A stretch of 64,000 nucleotides of DNA, from IMG/VR virus record IMGVR_UViG_3300012347_000391, positions 1 to 64,000 of that record; one strand, given 5' to 3'. The position numbers and the translations under genes were made by a program. The stretch is from a virus. Under the pieces are notes generated by a model that searched no databases, was not told the DNA's origin, and worked only from the letters and a program-made list of their open reading frames with translations. Positions within the stretch are counted from its first letter, which is position 1, and the number at the start of each line of letters is the position of its first letter. This document shows, piece after piece, positions 18,401-32,200 of this stretch.

Positions 18401-20242
18401 AAGATGTGATTGATATTGATTACCAGTTTGTCCTATTACAAAATCTACTCTTCCTTCTTGGCCTGAATTATGAGAAACTAAAAACTCAAAAGGGTTATTT
18501 CTCTTTTCAAAAATACTATAATGGGCCTTTACTGCATCAGATAGTGCATCAAAACTAGTAACTCCATGTATATCCATAAGATAAGTCTTCTCATTAGATA
18601 TAGTTAACATGAAATCTTCTAAACTTTCTTTTTGATTATCAACAAGTTTATTATAATTATGTTGTCCAATTTTGTTAATTAATTCTTGTTTATATATTAA
18701 AGACTCTGCCGGATTAAAGAATCTATTAAAGTATGCAAAATCAGGATTATTGATTATCTCTGGTAATTTACCTATTTCAATAAAATCTGTCTTATCCTTT
18801 AACCAATTATACTTATTAATTAAAGTTTTATTTACTGCTTCAAAATCTTTTATCTTCCAAGCTTCAGACATTTCTTCAGAATTAGTTCTCATAAAAGAAC
18901 TAACATCTTTAAACCATTTACCTGAAAATTTATTAATTAATTTATCTGTCTTATTACCTCTATCTGTTTTTTGATAGAATAAATCATAAGACACTTCCGA
19001 AGTTAGTTTATTAATTGGTCCAAAACTTACTCCATAGCCTTTATTTAAAAGTTTAGTTTTAACTCTACCTTGTATATCATTAATCTCTTGAATGAATTTG
19101 GCTGCTTGAGGTTTAACTCTATTTCTAGTGTTTTCTAGTTCTAATCTAATTAATTGAGCAATAGCACTATCTTGTCCTCCAAATTCTTTATCTACTGTAG
19201 CAAATAACATAGAAGCAATACCTATATCTGATTTAGCAGATAATAGTTTCTCTCTAATCTCTTCTAATTGTAAATCAGGGTAAAGACCTTTTAAATTCTC
19301 AGACTCTCCAATAGCTTGTAATAGATATTGTCTTTTAGCTGAATCTACTTTAGTCTTTTGGTCAGATATTTTTTGTCTTAAATTATTAAGAACATCTAAT
19401 ATTTCAGGTTCTATATTACTAGAATCTCCTGTTTGTACAAATTGATTAAGATGATTAGTTGTACTATAATTAGATATAATATCAAAATAATTAATCATAG
19501 TCTCTGCATATTGAATATTCTCAACAGTAGGTACATCTGATTCTAGTAACTTATCTATATAATCTAAATCTGTGTTAAAAACAGATAATGTTTTACTATA
19601 AATATCTTCTGCATTTGTAAGGTCAAATATCTCTTGTTCTAAAGTTTCTTTAAGTTTATTTAATTCACTTATAGTAACTCTTAAGTCTGTATTTTTATTA
19701 AACTTTCTATTGGCTACAGAATTATTTAATCTATTATTAACAGATTGAAGTAAGTTCTTTTTATGATTAATATAGTCATTATAATTAGTAGCATTATAAT
19801 CTATAGAAGAAGGCATAAATACAAAATCATTTTCTGCAGCTTGTATTGCTGCTTGCATATCTTCCATAGAAGAATAAACTTCTCCTTGAAAAACATAATC
19901 TCTTGTTATTGATTGTACAGTAGGAGTCTCATCTACTTTGTTTTGTTCAGTCATTGAATTAGCTAACTTCTTAGTAGGATGTATGCTAATTTCTACTCCA
20001 GAGCTTAACTGAGTAAAAGAAATAACATTACCATAAGTCTTAGCATTATACTCTTTATTATACTTAGTTTGTAATGCTTTAGCTTTACCATACAAAACAT
20101 TCTTATTAGGATTGTTTGCATCATAAGGAATCAAAATAGCTAATCTATCTTGATAACTTGTTCTTTTAGCAGTAGGATAAGAAGAGATAAGTTGTTTACC
20201 TATCTCTTCTCTTATATCTTTTTGACTTACTGTACATGCCAT
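15461..20242 (-). CDS. Giant virion/ejection-associated protein (1593 aa) with internal hydrophobic Gly-rich segments
   Basis: Last gene of the giant-gene block. Contains TALGLGIGITSTMTLGLGLGGITLLGLAAYSY and VVGLLWLTLGKVLI. No enzymatic motif recognised. Confidence 0.5.
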   Translation of the reverse strand: MACTVSQKDIREEIGKQLISSYPTAKRTSYQDRLAILIPYDANNPNKNVLYGKAKALQTKYNKEYNAKTYGNVISFTQLSSGVEISIHPTKKLANSMTEQNKVDETPTVQSITRDYVFQGEVYSSMEDMQAAIQAAENDFVFMPSSIDYNATNYNDYINHKKNLLQSVNNRLNNSVANRKFNKNTDLRVTISELNKLKETLEQEIFDLTNAEDIYSKTLSVFNTDLDYIDKLLESDVPTVENIQYAETMINYFDIISNYSTTNHLNQFVQTGDSSNIEPEILDVLNNLRQKISDQKTKVDSAKRQYLLQAIGESENLKGLYPDLQLEEIREKLLSAKSDIGIASMLFATVDKEFGGQDSAIAQLIRLELENTRNRVKPQAAKFIQEINDIQGRVKTKLLNKGYGVSFGPINKLTSEVSYDLFYQKTDRGNKTDKLINKFSGKWFKDVSSFMRTNSEEMSEAWKIKDFEAVNKTLINKYNWLKDKTDFIEIGKLPEIINNPDFAYFNRFFNPAESLIYKQELINKIGQHNYNKLVDNQKESLEDFMLTISNEKTYLMDIHGVTSFDALSDAVKAHYSIFEKRNNPFEFLVSHNSGQEGRVDFVIGQTGNQYQSHLKYNSFIPKQEVTTYNMNGDSRTEDSGYFDANFSEIENDVDLLKFWEILAEATQYMNSTLSDSKTTLSHNSLLKMSKGMTDTLLDKKLGVMNKTTSLLADTGQTIKDMMSTNIRDTKANDITEVNKAGIETIQQEVSKRYDVFEMEFKRVSKIDNLSKINPLVLNQEAQDLLERLTGLNIVDITKAYGSKINIPFVAKEVLTNQVMEEQTFNLPVMMRAYLDVVSEYKAQKEALPKINIYKDLYDTVQLEKKEVKSGVYAEIKGVANRVLLKQREYGLQDKRVRGQLRTQSWINKNVKGVEDKDHWGKMGKNLNVGEKAYKEEAEKYIAYLEQKIEETTDNDKAVALQYEIDGVKHQIDNLGTTYTWASIYNTLINRFGIFLGLGWNVPSQFFNRFQGWYQGMINDTGRYWTAGNFYAANAFINRKGIRYIPGMNKYRNEVKKAKLLTEKMGYIQDNTNELDRARRESGFTGWTRKLNPFYLTEYTEWHNQVPQALAILMDSSIMSTSVNAQGNQISVPIFDGHTQSFPAYNIVDGELVLKPEFRTPENIETWENFNSNTYADVKSKITDTIALLNGDYSKTGSTYIKNFTLGKSLMMFKTWMPNQYFLRFAKNQNSISLGLKDFDGSYAGALSNKKTNIASTTALGLGIGITSTMTLGLGLGGITLLGLAAYSYKMNKSNKNVDGESLQALTQLSAIGKAILKKSIGLPINIVSGKNLIQAHQFNELNITDADRQNLSFIVNEVVGLLWLTLGKVLIKSLMGDDDEKEPKTLDGQTPNPYWAQKEIDDFYYNVLENSITRLIEDASLFTNAQGLYSAIAKPAGIDSWFTRITQVSSGLQKKLVTDDDTLETGENAGESKFWTSVGKMTMPSLFNEWAGGDFKSFGFNKYGEREWKPGELMDAAFWSDYKKDLKSLKSDRAEAKEELTKYWNKEYDIDNQDPAVKVLLEEEIKRKVKAELDATYSLKIRSLYDEEQKEIK

Positions 20243-20246
20243 AGTA

Positions 20247-23200
20247 TTAACAATTTTTAATTTCAGGTAATCTTAAATTTGGACTTAAACTAACAGAGTT
20301 CTCATCAGGAGTATCTTGAGAAGGGTCACTCTTTAATGAGTTATAGTACTCTTCTTCTGCCAAGTCTCTCTCCATAATCATCCTTTCTAGTTCAGAATCC
20401 TTACGAATTTCAGGAATATCAAAGGTAACATTTTCTTTTCTAAGTTTAGATTCTTCTGTAATAAAATTAAGAATTTCACTTAATGAGGCTTCAGCAATAC
20501 TTCCTTTTGTAATTTCCGGGTTTAGTGAAGATAAGATTTTAATTATCACTTCTTTGAATTTGTCCCAAATACTTTGAGTTTCATTAAAAGGTTGCTTAGA
20601 CATTTCAGTTTGAAAAACAGGACTTTCCATAGCTACACTCACAAATTCAAAAATATCCATAGCTCCATAGGCCATATCTAAATCTTCTGCTGTAAGAGTA
20701 TGTGGTAATTTATTTTTAAAATTACTTTTATTCTCTTGAACTCTTGTTAAAGTTTCTACAGGTAAAGATTGTTTAAAAGCTTGCCAAACAGAATCTAAAG
20801 CTTTAACATGAGCTGGAGCATTCTCTGATAGTACTAAACCATCTGCATCATAGTACTTATCTAATTCTCTTTTAGTAATAGAATGTATAGCTTCGTGTAT
20901 AAATACTCTAGCTGTAGATTCTCCTCCTTTTACTTGATTAGAATCAATAATTATCTTGTTTTTAGTTTTATCATACAATCCTCTTGCACCTGCTCCTCCT
21001 ATTAATAATGTAGTATCTTCTACACTAACAACTGTATTAAGGTCTAACATAGGTAATATAGAATCAGCTATAAGAGAAAGATGTTTATAGTTTTCAAATT
21101 TAGTATTTTTTATTTTAGTAATTATTTGCTCTACAGTTTCTCCTTGTTTAATAAAACTTGTTTCACTTGTAAAAGTTAAAGTAGAATTATTATCAGGATT
21201 TATATTTTCTATAGGTGCAATTTTAGTTCCTAAGATAGAAGAAGCATTTGTATTACCAAATTCATATTCATTCATACCACTTGTACCTAATATACTAACT
21301 CTTTGAAACTGATTTGCCCCTATATTTTCATAAAGTTTATATTTATCTTGTTTAAGTTTGCTTTTAGGATTAGCTCCTCTCATTACAATAAATTTAGGTT
21401 TCTCTTCATCATTAAGAATAAAAGAATCTTTAGCTGCATCTAAATAACTAAATTTTTTATCATCTGCATATCTAGTTGCTCTTTCAGGATTATGTTGCAT
21501 AAACTGTTTAACAAAGGTATGAGTTCTTGTAGAGTTAATACCATTTAAATTTGAAATACCTAATACATCTCTAAATACCATAGGATTTCTACCTATACTC
21601 ATTCTTTGAAACATTTCATTAGCAGATACAAATCTACCATTTAATTGCACACCTACTTCTGATAAGTATTCAACAGGAACATATTTAATAAACTGAATAG
21701 CTTCTTGTACACCACCTTCTACATAAGCATAGGTAATTAACTCTTGTGCTAATGTTTTAGTAGACATAGGTTCTCCATTCCAATCAGGAAGAGGTTTATC
21801 TTCTATAATCATTTCAGCTAAAGAGTTGTATAAATACTCTTCATCAAAGTTATCACTAACAGTATTGTTAAATTTAATTAAAGAAGGTGTTCCATTTGTT
21901 TGTAACTCATAAGTAAACTTACTTAATAATCTATTATTTTTAATAATAAGATTCTCTTGTAAGTTATTCATATAACTAGCTAAAGAGGAACTAGTACTTT
22001 TATCTATAAATAATCTATCTCTTTCTGTAGAAGCCATATCTCCAAATACTCCTAGTCCTCTCCAAGAATAGATGTATTTTTTAGCTTCTTGAATTACTTC
22101 TTGTCTAGCTTCTATAGTCTTATAAGCACTAGTAGTGTCTACATTAGTAATTAAAAGAGCTTCATTTACAGCTTCATTAAAGAATCTATCATTATAAGGA
22201 AAAAATTGTCCCCATAAGTTTTGACCAGTAACTAAACCATTAACTACTATTTGTCCTTGAGGAGTAGTAGGTTTAATGTAATAATCTCCAACTACTTCAT
22301 ATCCTTCAGGTCTTTTGATACTTTCTTCAATAGGAACAAAAATACCTATTAATTCTGTAACATTACCTACTGTTTTATTGTCTGCAAATGTTTTTAAATT
22401 ATCATAAGTAATATTAGATTCAATAATAGATTTACCTAAGTTATTAGTATTAAGTAATGATTGAACTTTACCTATATTCTTAGCATAAATATTTAAGTCA
22501 AGAAACTTCTGCAGTACTGCAGCTTGAATTTTACCATCTTGACCATTGTATTTAATACCATCAATAAAAGCTTGACCAGTTAATTCACTATCTATTTCTA
22601 ATAATTGCCCTTCTTTATCTGTAATTTCATAAGAATTACCTACTTTAATAGCTATATAATTTCCATTAGTATATTGTTTTACTAATTCTTTTATAGTATC
22701 TTCTTCTAAATCTTTAGAAAAATCTGAAGTAATACCTCTTCCTGCATCTAATTTTTTAGTATATTCTTTTAAGATAGGTTGAGATAAAAACATATAAGGT
22801 ATAGAATTACCATTTTCATCTTGGTCAAAACCTAATAAAGTAAGTAATGAATCTACTCCGATAGTAGTTTTATTAATATTAACTCTACCTAAAATTTGAG
22901 CTTTTTCATTATCTGTTGCAGTATTTTGTTTTTCTGCAAAAGCTTCTGCTATACTTCTTTTACCATCAAGAGTAAGTTCTTTACCTATATATCCATCAGA
23001 AGTAATTTTACCTATAGTAATATGTTTACTATCTTTTACATAATTAGTTTCTTGATTTGTAAATGTTCTTTCTGCTTCATTTTTAGGATTCTCATTAGAT
23101 AAATATAAAGGTGTAGCTACTTGTTGAGTAAGTCCATGAAAAGTTACATAGTTAGAGTAGATACCAATAGCCATTTTCCCTGCTGAACCTAAAGCCATCT

Positions 23201-26200
23201 TTTGCTTTTGATACTCATCAGATAGAATAGTAAAACTATTATTAGCTGTAGTTGCACCAGCATTAGCTACAACTGCAGTATCTCCATTGGCTAACATCTC
23301 TTTAGCTATAAGGTCTTTTCTAGCCTCCTCATTTAATCCTTCAATAAAATCAGCTTGTTCTTCTGCAAATTGCATAGATAAAACTTTGTTGATTTTCTTT
23401 TGAACTTCAGGATTAGAGTTATTATATATAGCTAAATGAGATTTAATGAAAGCATTCTCCATAAGTTTCTCATCAAACTTAGCTTCAATCATATTAATCT
23501 TATTTGTATAATCAGTTCCACTATCTTGTAATTCAGACACAAACTCATCATCAAAATTTAATCTGATGATTTCATCAAACACACTCATAGAAGGAAGTCC
23601 TAATTCAGAAGAAAACATTGCATTCTCTTTAGCTAGAAGTTCTCTCAATCTTCTAGTAGCATCTTGTTTATGAGCCTCTGTAAGAGGAGTTATTTTACCT
23701 GTTTTATGGTCAACTACATAATTCATTTGATAAGTAGTTTCCTTATCAACATCATAATCAAGACCTTTTTGTTTAGTAAAGTTCTTAGGTACAATCATTA
23801 AATCTCCAACTTCAGGAGGTAAGAAACCTGCAATCTCAATAGTTGCCCCAGATACGTGTGAAGAGGTAGGGGTACGAAAACTAAATTGATTTAGAAGCTC
23901 AGGAGCTATCATTCCATCTTTTAATCTCCAAGTACCGTTCTCTCTCTTTTCAATATAAGTGTATTCTCCTTCTTTCTTTTCAAACATATCGATAAGAATC
24001 TTATCACTTATTTTGAATTTAGAAGGTATAAATACTTGTGCTTTAGAGAAAGTACCTTCATTATCATTAACACCTTTTAACTCTTTACCATTCCAACCAT
24101 CCATATAGATAATTCTAGATTGGTCAATACCTACCAAAGATTCTTGGAAACCAAATCCAGTTTCAGAACCTACTACAAAGGCACTTCCGGGGATTTTATG
24201 TTTCATTAATCTATTAGTAACTATACTATTTAATAAGGACTCATAGCGGTTAGAATTAGTAGATAGCCAAAGAGGAATTTTGAACTCATAGTATGGCTGT
24301 CCTTTTACATCATAAAGTGTATCTAATTCAAGACCTTTAATATCTTGAATAGGATAGTCTCTTTTGATAGCTTCTTTTTCTAATAATTTTTGTAACTTAG
24401 TTATGAATTGAGCTTCATTTGTAATATCTCCATCATCAGATAAACCTAGTTCTCTGAATAAGTTTACTTTTTTAATATTAACTAGCTTCTCAAATGAATC
24501 ACTATAGTATTGATTAAGTTGATGTCCATTCATTTCTTGACCATCAACATTAAAACCATCAAGACTCATCATACCATCTCCCATAAGTAATTTAAAGATT
24601 TGAGTTCCCATGGAAACTTTCTCTGCTTTACTATCAGATTTATAAGGTACATCTTGTTGTATTCTAAAATCATTTCTACTTAATCTTAACATAGATTTAT
24701 CAGCATTAGCTAAACTAACACTATTATAAGGGTCAACTGTATTAGTAAGACCTCCTACTTTATTAGCAGTTTGATAAGAAGCTCTAACAGAAGTTCCATA
24801 TTGGTTCTCCATTTCTTCCATTCTAATTCTTAAAGCATCTAATTTAGTACCTGCAGTTAATTGAGGTATTAAAGGAAAAGAAGAAGATTTAATATATACT
24901 ACTCTAGATACATCTTGAGCTTTATCTACAACTTGAGAAGTAACTACAGGTTTAATAGGTTGAAATACTAATCCTAATTCTTCTTTTTCAAGATGTTGAT
25001 TTCTTAATAATTTATCAGATATTATCCTAGACTGTTCTGCACTAATTCTACCTAGTGATTCTAAAATAATTAAGTGTTCACTTAAAGTAGTGTACTCTTG
25101 AGCATCTGTTGCATCTATATCAAAATAATCTGTAATATCACTAAACATAGCTTTCAATTTATTTCTTTCAGATATAAATCCGGCTACATTACCATTAGCT
25201 TTATCTTCATAGTATTTATCAAGAATAGGTTGAGCTTTATCTAAACCTTCTTGACCGTGATACAATTTAATTAAGTAGTCAGAGTTAGAAGCTATGTCTT
25301 TATCTTCTGCTGTATCATCTCTTAAGAAAATTTGTAAGTAATCTTGATTAGCAGAATTAGCAATAGTAACTCCCGGAGCAATCATTAAAGCTAACCTTTT
25401 ACCAATATTAGTTCCCATTTTCTTAGAAGCATTAATAAAGAAATTATCATCTTCCACATCAAAAGGTATTTCATTACCTTTAAATAGTTTGTTTTGAGAA
25501 TATAAAGCAGGGTCTCCAGATAACATAGTAAAAGCATTAGTATTACTTATCATATAGTTTAATACATAATCGTAAGTACCAATTTGAAATTTATCTTCTA
25601 AAGAACCTTGTCCTGTATTTACATACTTAGCATCAAACAAAGGTAAAGCTGTAACTTCTCCTTTACTATTAGTTTGAGTAAAAGTAGGTCTCCACAACTC
25701 CATCTTTTCTTTAGCTAAGTTATGTACTACTTCTTCTAGTACATCCATGATAGCAGGTTTAAAGATACTTTCAATATTTTCTAAAGTAGCTTTATCTCCT
25801 ACAGCAATATGTTTAATCATTCTAACTCCGTTTTCATCTTTAATATTATTTAAAGCAGGAATAAAATTAAACATTTGTGCAGCTAAATCATAACCTACAA
25901 TATTAGTTTTCTTAATATTGTTATGAAAGTTCATAATTCTTTTTAGTTCAGGTAAAGCAAGTTGATTATAAAGTAACTCTCTTAAATCTTCTGTAAAAGA
26001 TATAGTAGAGTTAGTCTTATTAAAAGCTTGATTACTTTCTGACATAAAGTTAAATATTCCTGTAGCTAACATAACCATTTGTTTCTTATCAGACATAGTA
26101 GGCATAAACATTCTACCTATTCTCATAGAGAAACCATTCTTTTTATGTGTAAGAGTTTCTTGCTGTGTATCTTGAATACCTGTTAATTTAACTATATCAT

Positions 26201-29200
26201 GGTCAATATCATTTAAATCTCTAATTCCTGAAAAACTATTACTTTTTTTACCAAACTCTTTAAAAGCAGTTAATCCTAAATAATTTACTTCAAACTTATT
26301 AACAAATTCAGGGTCCTTTCTAAGTAACTCTATAATCAAACTATCTTGAGAGATAGATAATGAACCTAAATCATCAATAAGTTTTGAATCAGTTAAAGCA
26401 CTTCTTTTTAAATCATCAATTCTATTAGTTAAATAATTAGGTACAGTAACTCCTGATACATTTTTACCTGCATCTCTAAAAGACTTACTCATTGTTTTAG
26501 GGGTGAATCGAGCCTCACCTGTAGATAAAGCTTTTATTACATTATTCATATCCCCAAAAGGATGGTCTAATTTATTCTCTTTAAAATTAGTTGTATCTTT
26601 TTCAAGTATATTATTAAGATATTTGAAAAGACCTCCAATAAAAGTATTACTTCCAGAAAACATTAAATTATAAGGGATTAATTTTTTATTGTAAAAACCA
26701 ATCTCTTTTAATTCTTTAAAATGTTTATCAGCTAATACTATACCAAAATTAGCTAACCAAGTTTTTACTTCAATATCTGATACATTAGCTTTATCAGTTC
26801 CCCAACTTTTATATTGTTCTAGTAATTGTTTAGCAACATCTTTATTAATACTATTATCAGCATTAGCTAAAGGAGATATTTTAAAATTATTATTCCAAGT
26901 ATTTATAATAACTCTTTTTATTTCATTAGCATTAGTATCATAAACTTGTAGTTGTGTTTCTGTACCTCCTGTAGTGTACATAGCAAATTTCATACTTAAA
27001 GCATGTTTTCTATAGTTAGTTACAAATTCATTTTTAATTTGCAAATCTGCACTATCTAATTTTTTTATAAATTGTTTAACCCAAGGATAGGCCACTTCCA
27101 TAGAAGCAATCTTAGAACTCATTATTTTATAATCAGATTCTATATATACTCCTGTACCTAATAATTGATATAAGGTGTCGAATACTTCATTAAATCCTAC
27201 ATATTCAGGTAAGCCTAAAAAACCTTTCTTAGTAGAAAAATCATCATTTAACTTCTCAATACCTGCCATAAATCTTCTTAATCTATAAGTAGTTTTTTGT
27301 TTACCACTTTCTGTCAAAGAAGAATCATCATCAAAAGAAGATGTTCTTTCTGAATTGTCTTGTTCATTTTGGTCTTCTTCATCATTTACCTTAGCTTCTT
27401 CTTTAATGTCAGAAGTTTTATTAACTTTTAACATAGCTTTTTCTAAGATACTTAATTGTCCATTATAAACTTCTCCTTTAGTCTCTACTGTACTTTGAAC
27501 ATCTTTAGCTGACCAATAATCTTTAATATTACTAAAAACATTTAACATAGCATTAGCATCTGAAATAGCAGAAACTACTCTCTCATCTTGGCTATTTAAA
27601 CTTTGTAGTTTAGTAAAGAAAGCTTCTGTACTTTTTTGAGAAGGTGCAACTATAACATTATAAGTTCTATCTAATTCTTCTACTAATTTCTTAGTACTGA
27701 TTTTACTTTTGTATTTAATATCAATAGCAGAAGATATGTAATTGTATATAAAATCAATTATGTGGCCCTCCTGAGAAATAGTTAACCCCGGAATAGTATT
27801 AAGAATGTTTTTTAGATTTTCTATTCCCATCATAGGAACAGGAGATTGAGAAAAATTACTATCTGTAAAGCCTAAAGTATTTCTTAAGTTATAGAAATCA
27901 TTTAGTATAGTATCTACATCTTCTACTATACCTATCTCTTCTCTAGCTGCTTCCATAGCTTCTGCCACTCTTTCTACTCTCTCTTGTGGAACAGCTTCTT
28001 CTATTTGATTAGCATCATAAGTAAAAGTAATAGTAGGTTGTGCAGAAGTAATATAATTAGGCCTCTCCTCTGTTCCAATGTTAAAAGATTTAACATCAGT
28101 CATTAAATTATTCTTTAGATATTCAGAATAATTTACTCCTAAATCTTGAACAATACCATTTTCAATATCTACCATACCACTATTTCTCAACAAACCTTCA
28201 TTTAAAGTATGTTGAGAGAAACTAGATATAGGTTGATTATATAAAGTTCTACCAAAGTTAGATAAAGCATCTCCATTTTTAGGCTGTACATATAGCTTCA
28301 TAAAAGCTTGAGCATCTTTCCAATTTTTTAAATTGTAGCCTGTTATCCTTTTAATATCATCTATTATTTTATTAGCTTGCTCTTCTGTTACTTCATATTT
28401 AGTACCTTTTACATTCTTAGCATATATATCTCTAGCAGGATAACTAGTAACTTTATCTTTAGTATATGTATCATCATTTACTCTAGCGTAAGCTGCCCAT
28501 GCCCATTTAACAGTTTCAAGTTGTTTTTCACTAGCATATCTAATTACCTTAAAAGCTCTCCAAGTTTCTTTACCATCAACAGGGTCAGTACCTATTCTTC
28601 TTAAGTTCCAAGTATGACCTGCTCCTCCTGTTTCAATAATATCTTTTCTATTGATAATCTTACGATTACCTTTAGATTCAAAAGTTTTTCTAGTTCCTTG
28701 TTCTAAATCTCCTTGGTCAACTTGTATAGCAATCTCTGCTTGAGGATTAGCTTCATTAACAGTCATTAAAGGAATAAGGTCTCCATTACTATCTTTCCTA
28801 TTAGCAATAGTATAGAAAGCTCCTTCTTTTTTATCTTTAATAGTAAGTTCTCTCAAATTACCATTAACAATTTGATTTCTTAATGTAGATACATTTGATT
28901 TACCCTCTTGTATCAGTTTAATATGAGAAGGGGTAATTTTGTTAGTATCAATTGTACCACTACCTTTTGTAGGGTCTGCCACATTGAATACATTATACCA
29001 ATTTATATCATGAATATATGCTACAGGAGTACTTCCTTCAAAAACAAAGATTGGTACAATGTCATTAAAATCTTTTGTTTGTCTAAAATTAGGGTCAAGA
29101 ACTTCTTTTTCACTAACTATTTCAGCAAAAGTTTTTACAATAGCTTTTCCATGCTCATCTCTACTAACTACAGATTTGATTTTATCCCAAGAACTTTCAG

Positions 29201-32200
29201 GGGCAACTCTAACATTAACTTTAGTTCCCGGTAAAAACTTATCAGGATGTAATAAAGGTCTAAAATCTATCAATGAACCTTCTTCAAGATTCAATTGTCC
29301 TGTCATAGCAGTTTGTCTTTTCCATACCCCTTCTTCATCTTCAATCTCTTCATAAGCTATGGCATTATATCCTAACTTACCTTCAACTTCTAATGTTCTA
29401 TTTCCTCCAATAGCTTTCACAGGAATATTTTCTTCTGTAAAAGCAACTATAGGAGTTTCTTTATTTTCTATAGCAGCTTCTTGCTCTAAAGTATTTATAG
29501 CTAAATCTTCAGAAGTATTCACTGCAGTCTCTGTCTCTATATTTGTAAATAAACCTCTAATAGTATCTAAGGCATTTTCTGTAATTTTCTTAGCAGGGTC
29601 AAAGATAGTATTATAGACATCATTAAAATTAGTATCTTCATACTCATTTAATATCCAACCTAGTTTATAAGCATCAAATTGTGATTCAGCTTGGTCTTCA
29701 GGAATAAAATTAAGCAAATGATAAACTAATTCTTGAAAAGAAGGTTTGTGGCCCTTAACTTTAGTAAGTATATCAAATACATTCTTTATAGCTTGTTTAG
29801 TACTTTGTTTTTTAGGTTCATCAAATTCTTCTACAGATAAAGGTAAAGGAGAATAGTCATCAGGATTATAATCTGCAAATGGGTCATCATTTTGTGCACT
29901 TACACTATTAGGATTTATAGTATTATCTAAGATAACTTCAGCCTCTCCTCTAATAGATTGTTGTATTTCATTTTCAGAGACATCATAAGGTTCAGTATCT
30001 TGTGTTTGTACTGTAGGGTCTCCTTCTATATCTTGAGGTTCTGCAAGAATAGCTTCTTGTTTAACTTGTTCTAGAGTATCATAAAGAGTATTTATCCTAT
30101 CTACCTCATCAAGTTGTCTTTGAATTTTACCAACACCATTAAAATCAAGGAAAGTATTTTTAATTTTTTCTATGTCTTCTTTTTCAAGACCAGTTTTATC
30201 TGCATTAAAAAATGCAATCTCTATATCTTGATTAGTTACTACAGAGCTTCCTGTCTCTTCTGCTTTCTGTTGTAATAAAGCATTTATCTGTTTATTGAAT
30301 TTAGCTAGTCTAGTTTGATTAGCCAAGTAAGTTGGAGCAGTTGCTTTATTAAAAGCTTTCATTACACTATTTTGTGCAAATTCTAAATTACTCTTAGCAA
30401 TAAGAAGATTAGCGTAGGTTTCAACGGCAGGGAGTTTTGCATTATCTACACTTTGTAAAAAGGAATCATAAGCCGCTTTTTCAGTTGAGTCAGTAATTTC
30501 TTTATCAAATAAAGTTGACATAGAAAAATCAATACCTTTTGTTAAGCCAGACAATTCTAGCTCTTCTTTAGCTAGGAGTGCTTGAGTTCCTATTTCATTA
30601 TTAAGAGCTTCTATACTTTGTTTATTAGTTATTTTATCAGAAGCTAAAGATATAATCTCTCCTAAATTAGGTGCATTTTGATACTTATTATAAGTTTTAC
30701 GTAAAGCTTCTATCTTACCTTTAGCTAAAGTAATATTAGATATTGTATCTGCACTTATAGGATTAGTATTAAATCCCCAAGTTCCTTTAGTAGCATTAGA
30801 TTCTAATGTAGTTAAAGCTTCTTCAAACTCATCTAATGTACCTGTTTGCATAGCTTTAACAGCTAAACTATAGAACTTCTTTTGTTCCATAGCATTTGCT
30901 GCTTGTGGCTTATTATCTTGTTTTAACTTAGCAATCTGATTGTCATATTCTGCTATAGAAAAGCCTGTTCCACCTGTAGACATAACAATATGATGAGCTA
31001 AATCATCTTCTGAAATAGCACTATCAATAGCTCTATAAGTTCTTCTTATAGAATCTCTTTTAATTGTAAGGTCAATATTCTTTTCTAAATTTCTTAGTTG
31101 ATTAACAGACCCCATTACAACAGGAACACCTCCCATAAGTAAAGTTTGTGCTACAACATCTGCATAAAAAGTAGGATTAGTAAGTTCTTCTAATTGGTCT
31201 TGAAAATCTTTATTAATAGTTGGAGTAGCTTGTACAGCTATCTCTTCCATAATCTCTGCAGGAACTCCATTCCATAGTTTACCTACTCCAGTATGCTGTA
31301 CAGCTTTACTAGAGATTTTACCTACCATACTATTATTAAAAAGATTACTACCTTTTTTATTTAGATTTGAAATAGATTTTATACCATTTCCTAATTTAGT
31401 TCCGGCTAATTTCTTAGTAATATACCCACTTACCTTATTACTTAATTTTTGGAAACCTTCTCCAACAAATTTTTCTGAAGCGTACTCTTTAGCTGTTTCT
31501 GTATAACCATATAATAAAGATTCTCCAATAGATTTACTACGAATACTGTTAAACTCTTTATCTAAATTATGTATATCATTAGATATGTTAGATAATTCTT
31601 GTTCTTCTTCCTCACTTCTATTTGTTTTTTTAAGTAAGTCTTTCTCTCTTAATTCTAAATTTATCTTAGCTGTTTCATAATCTCTTCTAAAAGCTTTTTC
31701 TATAGAGTCTCTGACAAGTATTTTATCTTCTCCATTCTCGTCTTTAACTAATTGAGTGATTCCTATTTGGTCTGTAGCAAAATTAGAAAAAGTAGAAGGT
31801 GCTATTGCAGAAGCTGCAGCAACCTCTACAACAGAAGGTAATATCTTAAAAGCACCTCTAGCTGCTCCTAATGTTAATCTTCTAGCTAAAGTTCTTTCTA
31901 CAGTATTGTTTATGGCAGCTTTTAATAGTTGTTTAGTACCTTGTTGTGCAGTACCTTTAGCTGCTCCTCCAACTCCTCCTGTAAGTATCATACCTTCCAT
32001 AAATACAAGAGATTTACCAGTACCATCTCCGGTACGATACCAAAATCTGTCTTTTGCAAGGTCAAGGTTATCTGTTTCTTGTTTCTTATTATAAGATTTA
32101 AGAACTTCTTGTTCTACTTCATCAAGGTTATCCCAACCAACTTCATCAGACTTTCTAGCAATAGCTGCTGTCTGTAAATCTTCTATAGTACTAATTATAC

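Noticed and set aside
18672-18974. 100-aa plus-strand ORF inside the 1593-aa gene
   Set aside because: An antisense shadow ORF with a Leu/Ser/Ile-rich translation.
22896-32177. Plus-strand ORFs of 68-112 aa inside the 4253-aa gene (22896, 28377, 28908, 29059, 29359, 31756, 31929)
   Set aside because: These are antisense shadow ORFs of a long AT-rich gene. They have Ser/Phe/Ile-rich low-complexity translations and no independent start context.
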